The notes under the pieces are model-generated. The model ran no database searches. It was not told where the DNA came from and saw nothing but the letters and a program-made list of their open reading frames with translations. A stretch of DNA of 52,063 bases, from positions 1 through 52,063 of the forward strand of contig CAZJQZ010000002.1 of NCBI GenBank assembly GCA_964548045.1, given 5' to 3'. This DNA is from an uncultured Dehalococcoidia bacterium. Lineage in GTDB: Bacteria > Chloroflexota > Dehalococcoidia > SZUA-161 > SpSt-899. The position numbers and the translations under genes are program-made. This document shows, piece after piece, positions 8,922 to 19,347 of the stretch (within the stretch, counting starts at the first letter, position 1; every line of letters starts with the position of its first letter).

Positions 8922-9554
8922 ATGGCAGAAGAACTCGGCAAAATGGAAAAACCAGATGTGGAAAGTTTCACCGGCACTCGAAAACTCATAGTGGCGCCAC
9001 TCATATTTTCAGGCAAAGACGCCCCTGAAGATTTCATGGAAATATTCAAACGATGCTGGAATCAGATCCATGAACAGGTGGAAAATCTGGAAACAAAACT
9101 GGGGAAGATTTCACGTATCTACCATGAGATGATTTTCAATGATGGCGAAGAAGGACTGAAAATACTGGAACAACTCAATCCGGAGAGTTTCAAGTTAGTC
9201 AAAAACCAATGCGAAGCAGGAGCAGAGCTTCAGGCAACCGAGGAAGTTGAACTGGCCATGGAGAACATGGATTGGGAAAGATGTCTCATGGTAGCCATGG
9301 GACAGAAGGCACGAAGCAAAGTTATCCAGTTCCATCAGGAATCAAGTTCGGCACGATACCAGCACATCAGCCAGAGAATCGATGAAACACTTAAGGGTAG
9401 TGAGATCGGATTGCTGTTTATTCGGGAAGGCCATCCCACTCAATTCCCGAAGGAAATAGATGTATTCAACGTAGCCCCACCATCGCTGGACGAATTCAAT
9501 CGCTGGCTGCGAAACTACTCACAGAAGATGTCCTCTCAGGCACCCGAGTCCTGA
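8922..9554 (+). CDS. Hypothetical protein
   Basis: 210-aa ORF with an SD (GAGGAG) upstream and no family recognised. It is followed by a strong terminator. Confidence 0.6.
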   Translation: MAEELGKMEKPDVESFTGTRKLIVAPLIFSGKDAPEDFMEIFKRCWNQIHEQVENLETKLGKISRIYHEMIFNDGEEGLKILEQLNPESFKLVKNQCEAGAELQATEEVELAMENMDWERCLMVAMGQKARSKVIQFHQESSSARYQHISQRIDETLKGSEIGLLFIREGHPTQFPKEIDVFNVAPPSLDEFNRWLRNYSQKMSSQAPES

Positions 9555-9612
9555 GTTAACAACGATAACAGCTGATTTAATTCCAATCATACATTTCGAT
9601 GTTCCCATATTG

Positions 9613-9641
9613 AAAAGCCCTCGCTTAAAGCGAGGGCTTTT
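9613..9641. terminator. Bidirectional intrinsic terminator
   Basis: AAAAGCCCTCGC-TTAAA-GCGAGGGCTTTT forms a 12-bp stem flanked by an A-run and a T-run, between convergent genes. Confidence 0.75.
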
Positions 9642-9672
9642 GATTGGAGGTGGGCACTCTCCAAATTCAAAC

Positions 9673-9978
9673 TTATTTATCTTTTCTCGAAGACGCACCA
9701 TACGGAGTTATGCCAAATTCGCCAACCCAGCTATTCGCCGATTCCTTGTGCTCCTCAATCACCTGCTTGAGTTCATTGTATACAATTTCCGTCGGCCTTG
9801 AAGGAAGATAGGAAAGCATTCTGGCAAGCTCCCGCAATTCCTCTTCCGACATGAGCATCAACCGCAGATTGCCCTGAGCACGCATCTTTTCAGCCTCTTC
9901 AGGATAACCATTTGACTCCGCTACCGAGGCCCGTATCGAACTCAAAACATGGTATCTTACCAGATCAAAACTTGCCAT
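9673..9978 (-). CDS. Hypothetical protein
   Basis: 101-aa ORF with an SD-like GGAGGGAG upstream. No family was recognised. Confidence 0.5.
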   Translation of the reverse strand: MASFDLVRYHVLSSIRASVAESNGYPEEAEKMRAQGNLRLMLMSEEELRELARMLSYLPSRPTEIVYNELKQVIEEHKESANSWVGEFGITPYGASSRKDK

Positions 9979-10128
9979 TTTTCTCCCTCCTCTTACCGGA
10001 TATCTGTCTTTTCGATTTCAAATACAGATTACCAGTCAAAGGTAAATTCCTTCGTCAACGCATGTAACATATTGGTGAAAATCAGGTAAATATTCGGTAA
10101 AGTCTTTTTGCGACAGTGTCCAGCTATC

Positions 10129-10608
10129 TCAAAGAGTAATCGGTTGCCTTTTTGGATTATCTTCGCCCCCCAGGATTTCCCCGTCCTCTTTGTATCGCTT
10201 CAAGAGAAAATGGGTTACCGTCCCCTGCACCTGTTCCAGAGTTGCCAGCTTCCGCGATACAAATCCGGCCACATCCTGCATCGTCCTACCGATTACCAGC
10301 ACAGCCAAATCGTAGCCCCCGGAAACCAGATAAGCTGACCGAACTTCAGGGAAACGATAAATTCGCTCCGCCACGGAGTCAAAACCAACCTCGCGCTGCG
10401 GCTGCAACTTGACTTCGATAAGGGCCAAAACCTCTTCTCTGCCCAGCTTCTCCCAGTTGACCATCGTCTTGTATCTGGCAATAGTACGGTCTTTTTCAGC
10501 CTGACGGATGGATTCCTTTACCTCATCCACACCCTTGCCCGTCATTGTGGCAATCTGCTCAGGAGTGGTTCGTGCATCATCTTCGAGTATCTTGAGAATC
10601 TCTTCCAT
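10129..10608 (-). CDS. Lrp/AsnC family transcriptional regulator
   Basis: N-terminal HTH (ILKILEDDARTTPEQIATMTG) and a C-terminal RAM/ACT-like domain. I chose the start at 10608 (MEEIL...) because AGGGGGG precedes it. The track ORF extends to 10635. Confidence 0.8.
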   Translation of the reverse strand: MEEILKILEDDARTTPEQIATMTGKGVDEVKESIRQAEKDRTIARYKTMVNWEKLGREEVLALIEVKLQPQREVGFDSVAERIYRFPEVRSAYLVSGGYDLAVLVIGRTMQDVAGFVSRKLATLEQVQGTVTHFLLKRYKEDGEILGGEDNPKRQPITL

Positions 10609-10699
10609 AATTACCCCCCTATTGCCGATTTTCAAATCTCATAATACCACGTTTTCTGACTAGTGAATACTGAACACCTAGCACTTTGGAACACCGATT

Positions 10700-12166
10700 T
10701 CACCGGGGAACCCCCTCGCTTTGGGAATTCCTGAGGTATTCCCCATAATCGGCCAGATGGGCCAGCACCTTTGCAGCACGCCCCACACTCGGGTAGGTGA
10801 GAATGCCATTCTCCATAAGATGAGTAATGGTCGAAAACTCCTCAATCCCGGAAGGGGGGAGGAAAAACACCGGTTTGCCGAGTTCATCCATCCGTTTGAT
10901 CACCTGTTTGAGTTGCTCCATTTCCCGGTTTTCCTCGCCAGTTATGAATTTATCCATCTCATCGGAAATATCCGAATGGACATAATCCATCACGATAGTT
11001 CGAATGGCCTCGGCAAATCCCACTGCCAGCGAGAAAACCGCATCGACATTTTCATCCTCAATCAGCTCCAGCACACATGGATAAGTAAGAGTAGTTTCTC
11101 CCACCATATCAACCGGGTTGGACTGAGGCCAGCGTGGAGGAAGAATCGCATTCAGTTTCTCAACCGTGGACCGGGAAATATCCGCTATCTCAAGCCGTTG
11201 GCGAGCACAGGCATCAGTTGCAATGACACCCGGGCCGCCTCCTCCGGTCAGGATTCCCACCTTTCTTCCTTTGGGAATCGGCTGACGAAGCAGGGCCCCT
11301 GCCGTATCCAGCATCTCTTCAACGTCATCCACCCTGATGACCCCTGTCTGCTTGAAAACCGCATCGTAGATTCGATCTTCCCCAGCCAGCGAAGCAGTGT
11401 GTGAATGAGCCGCCCTGGCACCTGCCCCGGTTCTGCCGGCCTTGAGCACCACTATCGGCTTGCGCTTCGTGATCTCTTTAGCCAGTTCCAGAAACCGCCG
11501 ACCTTGCCGCAATCCTTCCACATAAGCAACAATCACTCGGGTATCATCATCATCGCCAAATTGCTCCAGATAGTCTTCAAAGGTGAGGTCAGCTTCATTT
11601 CCGCTGCTGACGAATTTGGAAAAGCCAATCCCCATCGCCATGCCATTGCGAATAACAGTAAGCCCAAAATTACCGCTCTGTGAAATGAGCCCCACACCAC
11701 CCTTTGTGACGCCAGTTACCCAGGGAGAAGTATAGAAATCGGAATGCGTATCCAGATGGCCCATAGAATTGGACCCTACCAGCCGCATCCCACTCGCTCG
11801 CGCTGCTTCGACCATCTTCCGCTCCACCTCTCCCCCCTCTTCCCCTACTTCCCCAAAGCCAGCGGTGATAATCTCTGCGACCTTCACACCCTTTTGAGCA
11901 CATTCCAGAATAGCACCGGGAACAAACTGCGGCGGAACAGTCACCACCGCAAGATCAATCGGCCCCGGCACATCGGCTATGCTTTGGTATGCCCTGACCC
12001 CCAGCACTTCAGAGGATTCTTTGTTAACAGGATAAACCGCTCGCCCTGACCCCGAAGCCAGCACGCGATTGATAATGTTAAATCCCCACTTGCCGAAGGT
12101 ATTGGAAGCACCAATAACCGCTACGGATTGCGGATTAAAAATGCATTTGAACTGATTGGAATCCAT
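10700..12166 (-). CDS. ADP-forming acyl/acetyl-CoA synthetase alpha-type protein (CoA-binding plus CoA-ligase domains)
   Basis: 488 aa with the N-terminal CoA-binding motif SVAVIGASNTFGKWG and succinyl-CoA-synthetase-like segments. No beta/ATP-grasp partner is adjacent. Confidence 0.7.
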   Translation of the reverse strand: MDSNQFKCIFNPQSVAVIGASNTFGKWGFNIINRVLASGSGRAVYPVNKESSEVLGVRAYQSIADVPGPIDLAVVTVPPQFVPGAILECAQKGVKVAEIITAGFGEVGEEGGEVERKMVEAARASGMRLVGSNSMGHLDTHSDFYTSPWVTGVTKGGVGLISQSGNFGLTVIRNGMAMGIGFSKFVSSGNEADLTFEDYLEQFGDDDDTRVIVAYVEGLRQGRRFLELAKEITKRKPIVVLKAGRTGAGARAAHSHTASLAGEDRIYDAVFKQTGVIRVDDVEEMLDTAGALLRQPIPKGRKVGILTGGGGPGVIATDACARQRLEIADISRSTVEKLNAILPPRWPQSNPVDMVGETTLTYPCVLELIEDENVDAVFSLAVGFAEAIRTIVMDYVHSDISDEMDKFITGEENREMEQLKQVIKRMDELGKPVFFLPPSGIEEFSTITHLMENGILTYPSVGRAAKVLAHLADYGEYLRNSQSEGVPR

Positions 12167-12204
12167 ATGTTGAATGTGTTATATAATTAAGGAACCTCTG
12201 ATTA

Positions 12205-12225
12205 TCCCCCTTTTGCAAAGGGGGA
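12205..12225. other. Strong hairpin TCCCCCTTT-TGC-AAAGGGGGA between ahcY and the acyl-CoA synthetase gene
   Basis: 9-bp stem with a 3-nt loop. No U-tract follows on either strand. Confidence 0.4.
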
Positions 12226-12374
12226 AACAGGGGGATTGAAGCTGAGGGACACCCCCAGACCCCCGAAGTCACCTCTTGATCAGAGTTTCCTTAAGGCATT
12301 AATTATGGGAATTCCTCTCCTACCCAGCTGTGACAAAATATCGGAAAGCCGCCCTTCCTCGGGATCGGGACTCC

Positions 12375-13661
12375 CTATGTTCCGCTTTCCCAGCTTCCCA
12401 AATATTCCTCTTGTTCGGCCGTGAGCGTATCGATCTCGATTTCCATTGCCTGAAGTTTGAGCAGACCTACTTCAAGATCGATATCCTTCGGAACACCGTA
12501 CACTTTATTCTCAAGAGACTTGCTATTTTTGACCATGTATTCCGCACAAAGAGCCTGATTGGCAAAACTCATATCCATCACACTGGCCGGATGCCCTTCG
12601 GCCGCTGCAAGGTTGATCAAACGGCCCTCGCCCAGCAGGAACAGGCTGCGGCCATCAGCCATAACATATTCATCCACGAACGGCCTTGGCACTCGTTTTT
12701 CTTTCGCCATGCTCTCAAGCGCGGGGATATTTATCTCAACATTGAAATGACCGCTATTGGCAAGAACGGCACCGTGCTTCATCACATCGAAGTGCCGCTT
12801 ATCCAGGCAATGCTTATCCCCCGTAGCTGAAATAAAGATGCTGCCGATTTTGGCCGCCTCAAGCAAGGGCATAACTTCATACCCATCCATTACAGCTTCC
12901 AGCGCACGGATCGAATCCACTTCGGTGACTATTACATTCGCCCCCAAACCCCGGGCTCGCATGGCAATCCCTCGGCCACACCATCCATATCCGGTAACCA
13001 CTACTTTCTTCCCTGCCCACAGGACATTCGTCGCTCGCGTGATACCATCTATCGTGCTCTGGCCAGTTCCGTATCGATTGTCGAAGAAGTGCTTGGTATC
13101 CGCATCATTGACAGCCACTATGGGATATCTCAGTTTGGACTGCTCTTCCATACTACGCAACCGGATTACCCCGGTGGTAGTCTCCTCGGTGCCACCTATA
13201 ATATCATCCAAACATTCCGTTCGATCCTTGTGAATCGTAGCCACCAGATCACAACCATCATCCATAGTCAGATGCGGTTTTTGATCCAGATTGGTGTGAA
13301 TGTGCTGATAATAGAGATCGTCAGCTTCACCCTTTATTGCAAACGTAGGTATTCCCGCCTCTACCAGTGCCGCCGCCGCCGCATCCTGAGTACTGAGCGG
13401 ATTGGAGGCACAAAGAGACACTTCAGCCCCACCCTCTTGCAACGTCAAAGCCAGGTTGGCCGTCTCCGTGGTAATATGCAGGCAACCGGCAATACGTATT
13501 CCCTGCAAAGGTTTTTCCCTGGCAAATCTTTCCTTAATAAGCTTAAGCACAGGCATGTCATTGGCTGCCCAAGCTATACTGGCCCGACCTGCCTCCGCAA
13601 GCGCCATATCTTTCACATCATAATCCGGGGCACTATCCATCTGGTTCCATCCTTTCTTCAT
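12375..13661 (-). CDS. ahcY: Adenosylhomocysteinase
   Basis: 428 aa with [14 protein letters not shown] at the N-terminus and NAD motif GYGWCGRG. The start may instead be the Met at 13640. Confidence 0.92.
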   Translation of the reverse strand: MKKGWNQMDSAPDYDVKDMALAEAGRASIAWAANDMPVLKLIKERFAREKPLQGIRIAGCLHITTETANLALTLQEGGAEVSLCASNPLSTQDAAAAALVEAGIPTFAIKGEADDLYYQHIHTNLDQKPHLTMDDGCDLVATIHKDRTECLDDIIGGTEETTTGVIRLRSMEEQSKLRYPIVAVNDADTKHFFDNRYGTGQSTIDGITRATNVLWAGKKVVVTGYGWCGRGIAMRARGLGANVIVTEVDSIRALEAVMDGYEVMPLLEAAKIGSIFISATGDKHCLDKRHFDVMKHGAVLANSGHFNVEINIPALESMAKEKRVPRPFVDEYVMADGRSLFLLGEGRLINLAAAEGHPASVMDMSFANQALCAEYMVKNSKSLENKVYGVPKDIDLEVGLLKLQAMEIEIDTLTAEQEEYLGSWESGT

Positions 13662-14538
13662 ATTTAGGTATCAGTCCGATTTTTCGACACACGTTGTTTA
13701 TTATAACACCTATAAAGCTTTTGCGATGCCCCACACCCTCAACAATCTGGCAATGGTCTCTATATCCCAGGCTCGTATAGGTACGCACCGCCGGAAGGTT
13801 ATATGATTCCACATTGAGTACCACCTCACCACACTGCTCCAGCAATTTCGAAGTAACCGAACTGACACAAATCGTCGCCAATCCCATGTTACGATAAGCA
13901 GGATGAGTCATAACATTGCCCACATAAGCAATATTATAAGTAGGCTCAATGAGATGAGTTCCGGCCACGGCCACCAACTGCCCATCCTGCCAGATGCCAT
14001 AATACACACCTCTCCTGATCTGAGCAGCAGTGAAATTGCCACTGTTTGCCAGAGAATAAAGCCGATTCACTTCACCCACCTGAGAGGGCTTCAGCCGCGT
14101 TGCTTTCTCGTCAACCGGGGTGAATCCATCTCTCGTGACCACCATCCGCTTCATGAGCAAGTGCCACTCAAGTTCATAAAAACTTCTGAAGGTATCCAGA
14201 TGCTCCGGTTCGCAGGTAATGAAAGTCCTGCCGGGAAGCCCGACAGAGTCAAGCAGGAATTCAAGAATCGAGGAGTCTCCCATGATAAACATATAAGTCG
14301 GGAACAGGCCCCGGGCCACAAGGCAAAACGCAGAACGTTCCCCTTGAGTGGCCACATGCCATTTGACGATTTCCGGGAAGCTGGCCTCAAGGTGAGCAAA
14401 GGCCGATACCGCATAAACGCGCCGGGGCTCAAGATAAGAGAGAACTTCAGCCCTGTTCGTGAGCTTCCGCACGAAAGGCAAAGAGGATTGCTTCCCCGGT
14501 GGCATTTCCCCGGGCTTTCGGCCTAACTTGAGACTCAT
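13633..14538 (-). CDS. GNAT family N-acetyltransferase with an N-terminal extension
   Basis: The C-terminal acetyl-CoA motif is [13 protein letters not shown]. The start at 14538 forms an ATGA overlap with the upstream PHP gene stop. Confidence 0.7.
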   Translation of the reverse strand: MSLKLGRKPGEMPPGKQSSLPFVRKLTNRAEVLSYLEPRRVYAVSAFAHLEASFPEIVKWHVATQGERSAFCLVARGLFPTYMFIMGDSSILEFLLDSVGLPGRTFITCEPEHLDTFRSFYELEWHLLMKRMVVTRDGFTPVDEKATRLKPSQVGEVNRLYSLANSGNFTAAQIRRGVYYGIWQDGQLVAVAGTHLIEPTYNIAYVGNVMTHPAYRNMGLATICVSSVTSKLLEQCGEVVLNVESYNLPAVRTYTSLGYRDHCQIVEGVGHRKSFIGVIINNVCRKIGLIPKYEERMEPDG

Positions 14539-15407
14539 GTTTCTTGTCCAGGAAACCATCCGGCAACATTTTCAGGCACAGGCACGGTACCGATCAGGAT
14601 TGGCTTCTGATGGCAATCGCTGCCACCGGTCATTATGAGCCCATGCTTTTTGGCAAATTCGATATAGTGATTCGTAGTTTCGGGATCGTGTCGAGAGTGC
14701 CAGCATTCAACGCCGTCAATATAATTCAGCATCTGATCTTCGATCACCCGGGTTTGTTCATTCAAATCAGTCGATATCTTCGCCAGCGAAGTTCCGTTAG
14801 GATCATTAGGGTGCGCATGAACCAGTATTCCACCGGCACCCCTGATCAACCGTGAAGCTTCAGCCAGCAAAAGCGGATACTTGGGCACATCGCACTTGAC
14901 CAGATATTTATCGAAGGCTTCCTGTCTGTTTGCAACAATTCCTTTTTCAATCAGGTAATTCGCGATGTGAGGCCTGCCAAATGAGCCATCGACGCTCTCC
15001 TGAATCTGCTGAAGGTCATCATCGGTAAAAAGTTCAATCCCTTCCTTTTCGAATTCTATATTCAAATTTTGAAGTATCTGTCGAGCTCTATTCTCCCGGT
15101 GATCCCGGATCAGTTGCAGTTTTTCTTTCAATTCCCGATTTTTATGATCGAACCGGTAGCCGAGGAAATCCAGTGAAACGGGCTTCCCTCCCGGATATTC
15201 AAAAGTAACATTCAATTCAACCCCGGTGACATAAGCAATCCCACAATCTTTGGCAAGCGAGATCGCTTTTTCCTGGCATTCAATGGAATCGTGATCGGTG
15301 ATCGATATTAAATCGATCCCCCTGTTTTTGGCCTCCTGGAAAACTTCTTCGATAGACAGGTTACCATCGGAACCGGTTCTGGTGTGGATGTGAAGATCGA
15401 TTTTCAT
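14535..15407 (-). CDS. PHP-domain metal-dependent phosphoesterase
   Basis: 290 aa with the KIDLHIHTRTGSDG and ITDHDS motifs of the PHP/TrpH family. Confidence 0.75.
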   Translation of the reverse strand: MKIDLHIHTRTGSDGNLSIEEVFQEAKNRGIDLISITDHDSIECQEKAISLAKDCGIAYVTGVELNVTFEYPGGKPVSLDFLGYRFDHKNRELKEKLQLIRDHRENRARQILQNLNIEFEKEGIELFTDDDLQQIQESVDGSFGRPHIANYLIEKGIVANRQEAFDKYLVKCDVPKYPLLLAEASRLIRGAGGILVHAHPNDPNGTSLAKISTDLNEQTRVIEDQMLNYIDGVECWHSRHDPETTNHYIEFAKKHGLIMTGGSDCHQKPILIGTVPVPENVAGWFPGQET

Positions 15408-16399
15408 TTGATATTTTTCGCTGCAAACTCACCCAGAATGCAGGCATTCTCCGCAGTCAGCCGAGCTCCCCGCTGACTCACTGCCAATGCCCCGGCCTTT
15501 GTGCCAATTGAACCACAGGCATTGATATTCAGACCCTCACATAAACCATACAAAACCCCGCCGGCATAGGCATCACCCGCCCCATTCGTATCGACAACCT
15601 CAACCATCTGCGCCGGGAAAGAAACCCTCTCATTCCCTCTGGCAATATGCGAACCCGCCCCACCCTCTTTCACAACCGCTACATCACAGACCGCACTAAT
15701 CTGAGCCAGCGACTCTTGAGGTGAACACCCGGTAAAAGCCAGACATTCGTCCTCGTTGGCAAAGATGATATCCAGATGGGTCTTCGCCTTTTCCTGTAGA
15801 TACTCCAGATTCTCCTGCACTACCCCAAATGAGGAAAGGTCCATCGATATCCTCTGTCCATTTGCCCTGGCCGTATTGAGGATATGATCGATCAATTCTC
15901 GATTGAAAACCAGGTAAGCTTCCACGTGGACTAGCGGAGCCTGATTCAGCAACTCCGCAGAGATATCAGCCGGACTCAGTTCCACCGCAGCCCCCAGATT
16001 GGTGGCAAATGTTCGCTGCCCATCCGGCGTGACCAGTGTCAATCCGATTCCCGTTGGCGTAGTTTGCGAAGTCAGGCTGAAGAATTTCACCCCCGCTTTT
16101 TCCGTTTCATTCCTGAAATACTCTCCGATCTCATCTTCACCTATCTTCCCGATAAACCCGGATTTCCCGCCACAATGTGCAAACGAGGCCATGATATTGG
16201 CCGTGGCTCCCCCGGGAGAAAACTCCTGCGGGAAATCAGACAACTTTGCCAGCAATTCCTTCGAACGGTCAGCTTCAACCAGCGTCATCCCGCCTTTCGG
16301 TAATTCCTCTGCCGAAAGAAATTCGTCATCGACCTTTACTGTTATGTCAACCAAGGCCGAGCCAATCCCTATTATTTCCAAATCCATTCTATTCACCAT
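15404..16399 (-). CDS. PfkB-family kinase, probably adenosine kinase
   Basis: 331 aa with the PfkB signature DTNGAGDAYAGG. The adenosine substrate is inferred only from the ahcY context. Confidence 0.7.
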   Translation of the reverse strand: MVNRMDLEIIGIGSALVDITVKVDDEFLSAEELPKGGMTLVEADRSKELLAKLSDFPQEFSPGGATANIMASFAHCGGKSGFIGKIGEDEIGEYFRNETEKAGVKFFSLTSQTTPTGIGLTLVTPDGQRTFATNLGAAVELSPADISAELLNQAPLVHVEAYLVFNRELIDHILNTARANGQRISMDLSSFGVVQENLEYLQEKAKTHLDIIFANEDECLAFTGCSPQESLAQISAVCDVAVVKEGGAGSHIARGNERVSFPAQMVEVVDTNGAGDAYAGGVLYGLCEGLNINACGSIGTKAGALAVSQRGARLTAENACILGEFAAKNIK

Positions 16400-17438
16400 T
16401 CAGAGCATATAAGCATCGAAACTCTTTTGAGACTTCAGCGGTCAACTGCAGCGCTTTTTCCGCCAGAGGTTGCGATATTGACCCCATGCCACACGATGGA
16501 GTAATCAGGCATTGTTCCAGCAGCACATCCCGATTGATACCCTTCCCAACCAGCGAATCCATCAAACTCTGCATCCGTCCCAGTAATCCGGAGGCCGTCA
16601 CATTGGGCAAGGTTTCTTCCTCACTGGGGACAATCCCCCATGCCAGCACGCCTCCACGTTCCAGAAAAGCCTTAAGATCAACCGGATAAAGTGCCAGCGC
16701 TTCGCCGTAATTATAAGCATCAAAATTGAGGATATCGATATCGGTGGCCATCAGAACCGACCAGTCAGTATTGCCGCAACAATGCATCCCCTTCAGCCCC
16801 GCAAGTCCGGCAAGCGCCTCATTGGTGAGATTAATCACTGTATCGTTATCCAGCGCTACAAACGCCGACCCCAGAGAGGCCAGATAAGGCTCATCGAGGA
16901 AGATAATAGTCTCAGCCGAGAGTTTGGCCAACTCCTTTTCCATCCAGGCCGCCTTCAATCTCAAATGCCGGGCAATGGCATCAGCAAGGGTTTCATCGTA
17001 AAGGGTGGGCCGGCGATTCTGATCAGTAACCACCAGGCCAAAACTTATCGGCCCGGTCACCTGCCCTTTCACCGCCACAGCCGAATCCAATTTCCGGGAG
17101 AGAAACTCATAGAATCCCGGAGCATAAGTCCGGCTAATGGCATGCCCATCCAGATCATTTTCGATATAGTCAACGTAGAGTTTTTCCATCCCATCGGAAA
17201 GATCAACTGAACGATCAATATAAATGCGCTCATCCTCAATTATAACGCCGGGCAGGTCCTCGCTATACTGAGCATACATATTCTCCAGAAAAGAGCGGTT
17301 GGGAAGCTGCGGCCAGACAGGTATATCAGGCAGATATTTTATCGCCAGCGAACACGCCTCAACCGGATCGGTATGGGGCATGCTTCCTATTGCTGTGGGA
17401 AGTCCTTTTGGTTTAAAGTCTTTTCGGTCCAATTTCAC
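16389..17438 (-). CDS. Core (C-terminal-domain-only) MetE-like methionine synthase
   Basis: 349 aa, about half the size of a full MetE. The Zn-ligand pattern is preserved: H-x-C in GMHCCGN and a C-terminal Cys in ITPSCGMGS (compare MetE PDCGL). Confidence 0.6.
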   Translation of the reverse strand: MKLDRKDFKPKGLPTAIGSMPHTDPVEACSLAIKYLPDIPVWPQLPNRSFLENMYAQYSEDLPGVIIEDERIYIDRSVDLSDGMEKLYVDYIENDLDGHAISRTYAPGFYEFLSRKLDSAVAVKGQVTGPISFGLVVTDQNRRPTLYDETLADAIARHLRLKAAWMEKELAKLSAETIIFLDEPYLASLGSAFVALDNDTVINLTNEALAGLAGLKGMHCCGNTDWSVLMATDIDILNFDAYNYGEALALYPVDLKAFLERGGVLAWGIVPSEEETLPNVTASGLLGRMQSLMDSLVGKGINRDVLLEQCLITPSCGMGSISQPLAEKALQLTAEVSKEFRCLYALNGE

Positions 17439-17444
17439 CCTGCC

Positions 17445-18308
17445 TTAGCTGATGTATTTCCCGATCAACAAATCAAGATCCTTCTTCACCCGATCGGAAA
17501 TGAGTTCCGGAGAAGTCACAATGGCATTCTCCAGAGCATTAACACACACACAAAATCTTTTCTGGGGGATATTAGCCGCAGCCAGCCTTATGATATTCTT
17601 GGCTCGATCTATATTCTGGTTCAGTATTTCGATTATCTCCTCAATGCGAACCTGATCCAAATCATCGTGCCAGGAATCGTAATCAGTGACACAAGCCAGC
17701 GCAGCATAACAGATTTCCGCTTCCCTGGCCAGTTTTGCCTCCGGTAAAACTGTCATCCCGATGATATCGGCACCCCATGATTTATACAGCCTCGATTCAG
17801 CCTTGGTGGAAAACTGCGGCCCTTCCATAGCAATAAAGGTACCGCCACGATGAACCGTTGCCCCAACTTCGTGAGCCGCCTGAAAAAGGATCTGGCTCAA
17901 AGCCGGACAAAAAGGTTCGGAATAGGGAATGTGCACAACTATTCCATCGCTGAAAAATGAGTTCACCCGTCCCCTGGTCCGGTCAATAACCTGATCCGGA
18001 ACAATCAGGTCCCTGGGTTTCAATTCCTCCTTGAAACTGCCACACGAATTGATGGCGATAATCCACTCCACACCGAGCGACTTGAGGGCATAAATATTAG
18101 CCCTCGCCGGGATTTCGTGAGGAGGAAACCGATGCCCCCGGCCATGCCTCGGCAGGAAAGCAATGTTCGTTCCTTCCAGTACCCCAATTGCAATGGAATC
18201 GCTGGGATCACCGAATGGAGTGCTGATTTTGACCTCTTCCACATTGGTCATGCCCTCGATTTCATAAAGTCCTGTGCCACCGATAACTCCAATCTTAGCT
18301 TCCGGCAT
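17445..18308 (-). CDS. mtnP: S-methyl-5'-thioadenosine phosphorylase
   Basis: 287 aa with [10 protein letters not shown] at the N-terminus and a PNP/MTAP-family core (FLPRHGRGH). Confidence 0.88.
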   Translation of the reverse strand: MPEAKIGVIGGTGLYEIEGMTNVEEVKISTPFGDPSDSIAIGVLEGTNIAFLPRHGRGHRFPPHEIPARANIYALKSLGVEWIIAINSCGSFKEELKPRDLIVPDQVIDRTRGRVNSFFSDGIVVHIPYSEPFCPALSQILFQAAHEVGATVHRGGTFIAMEGPQFSTKAESRLYKSWGADIIGMTVLPEAKLAREAEICYAALACVTDYDSWHDDLDQVRIEEIIEILNQNIDRAKNIIRLAAANIPQKRFCVCVNALENAIVTSPELISDRVKKDLDLLIGKYIS

Positions 18309-19347
18309 TCAATTCTCCTTTCCGCATTGCCCAGAGACTTTCCGTATAAGGGTTTCTAGCTATACCTTCTTCGGTAATTATAGCAGACACATACCGATGC
18401 GGAGTAACGTCAAAGGCAGGGTTGGCAGCTCGAACCCCTTCCGGGGCAATCCGCGAGCCATAGGGATGAGTCACTTCCTCCGGGTTTCTTTCTTCGATAG
18501 GTATTTCATCACCCGATCCGAGATGGAAATCAATGGTACTCACAGGCGCTGCCACATAAAAAGGGATACCGTTTTCGTGAGCCAGCACGGCAACGCTGTA
18601 AGTGCCAATCTTATTAGCTACATCCCCATTAGCGGCAATTCTGTCAGCTCCCACAACCACACAATCGATCTTGCCAGCTTTCATGAAATGCCCGGCCATG
18701 TTATCAGTAATAAGTGTCACCGGGATATCGGCCCGCATCAACTCCCATGTCGTAAGCCGCGCACCTTGAAGCAAGGGGCGGGTCTCATCGGCAAATACTT
18801 CAATATTTTTCCCCTGCTCATGAGCCGCACCAATTATCCCCAGCGCCGTGCCATAACCGGCGGTAGCCAGCGCCCCGGCATTGCAATGGGTCAATACGCT
18901 AAACCCATTCCCGATTAATTCAGCCCCATTTTGACTCATCCTCCGATCATCTTCCGCCGTTTCCCTCTCGATCACTCCGGCTTCTTCAATTAGTTTCGAT
19001 TTGATTCCACCTACATCCGATCCGACTTGAGCAACACGATTCATTCGATCCAAGGCCCAGAATAAATTGACCGCGGTGGGGCGAGTGGCAGCAATAGTCT
19101 GCGAAACCTCATGCAATCTGGCCAGGAATTCATCTTTCGACGCAGTCTCAATAGCCTGAGCGCCAAGAGCCAACCCGAAGGCCGCCGCCACGCCAATGGC
19201 AGGCGCCCCGCGGATCCGGAGCTTCCTGATAGCCTCACAGATTCCGGGAACGTCATTCACCTCCAGATAAGTTTCCTCCCACGGAAGACGTGTCTGATCC
19301 AGAAGTATTATCCTGCCTTCCCGCCAATCGATTGGTTTGATGTTCAT
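18295..19347 (-). CDS. mtnA: Methylthioribose-1-phosphate isomerase
   Basis: 350 aa of the eIF2B-like family, with [12 protein letters not shown] and [18 protein letters not shown]. Confidence 0.9.
   Translation of the reverse strand: MNIKPIDWREGRIILLDQTRLPWEETYLEVNDVPGICEAIRKLRIRGAPAIGVAAAFGLALGAQAIETASKDEFLARLHEVSQTIAATRPTAVNLFWALDRMNRVAQVGSDVGGIKSKLIEEAGVIERETAEDDRRMSQNGAELIGNGFSVLTHCNAGALATAGYGTALGIIGAAHEQGKNIEVFADETRPLLQGARLTTWELMRADIPVTLITDNMAGHFMKAGKIDCVVVGADRIAANGDVANKIGTYSVAVLAHENGIPFYVAAPVSTIDFHLGSGDEIPIEERNPEEVTHPYGSRIAPEGVRAANPAFDVTPHRYVSAIITEEGIARNPYTESLWAMRKGELNAGS

Noticed and set aside
12205-12225. The hairpin between ahcY and the acyl-CoA synthetase gene as an intrinsic terminator.
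   Set aside because: No U-tract follows on either strand. It is kept only as a structural element of unknown role.
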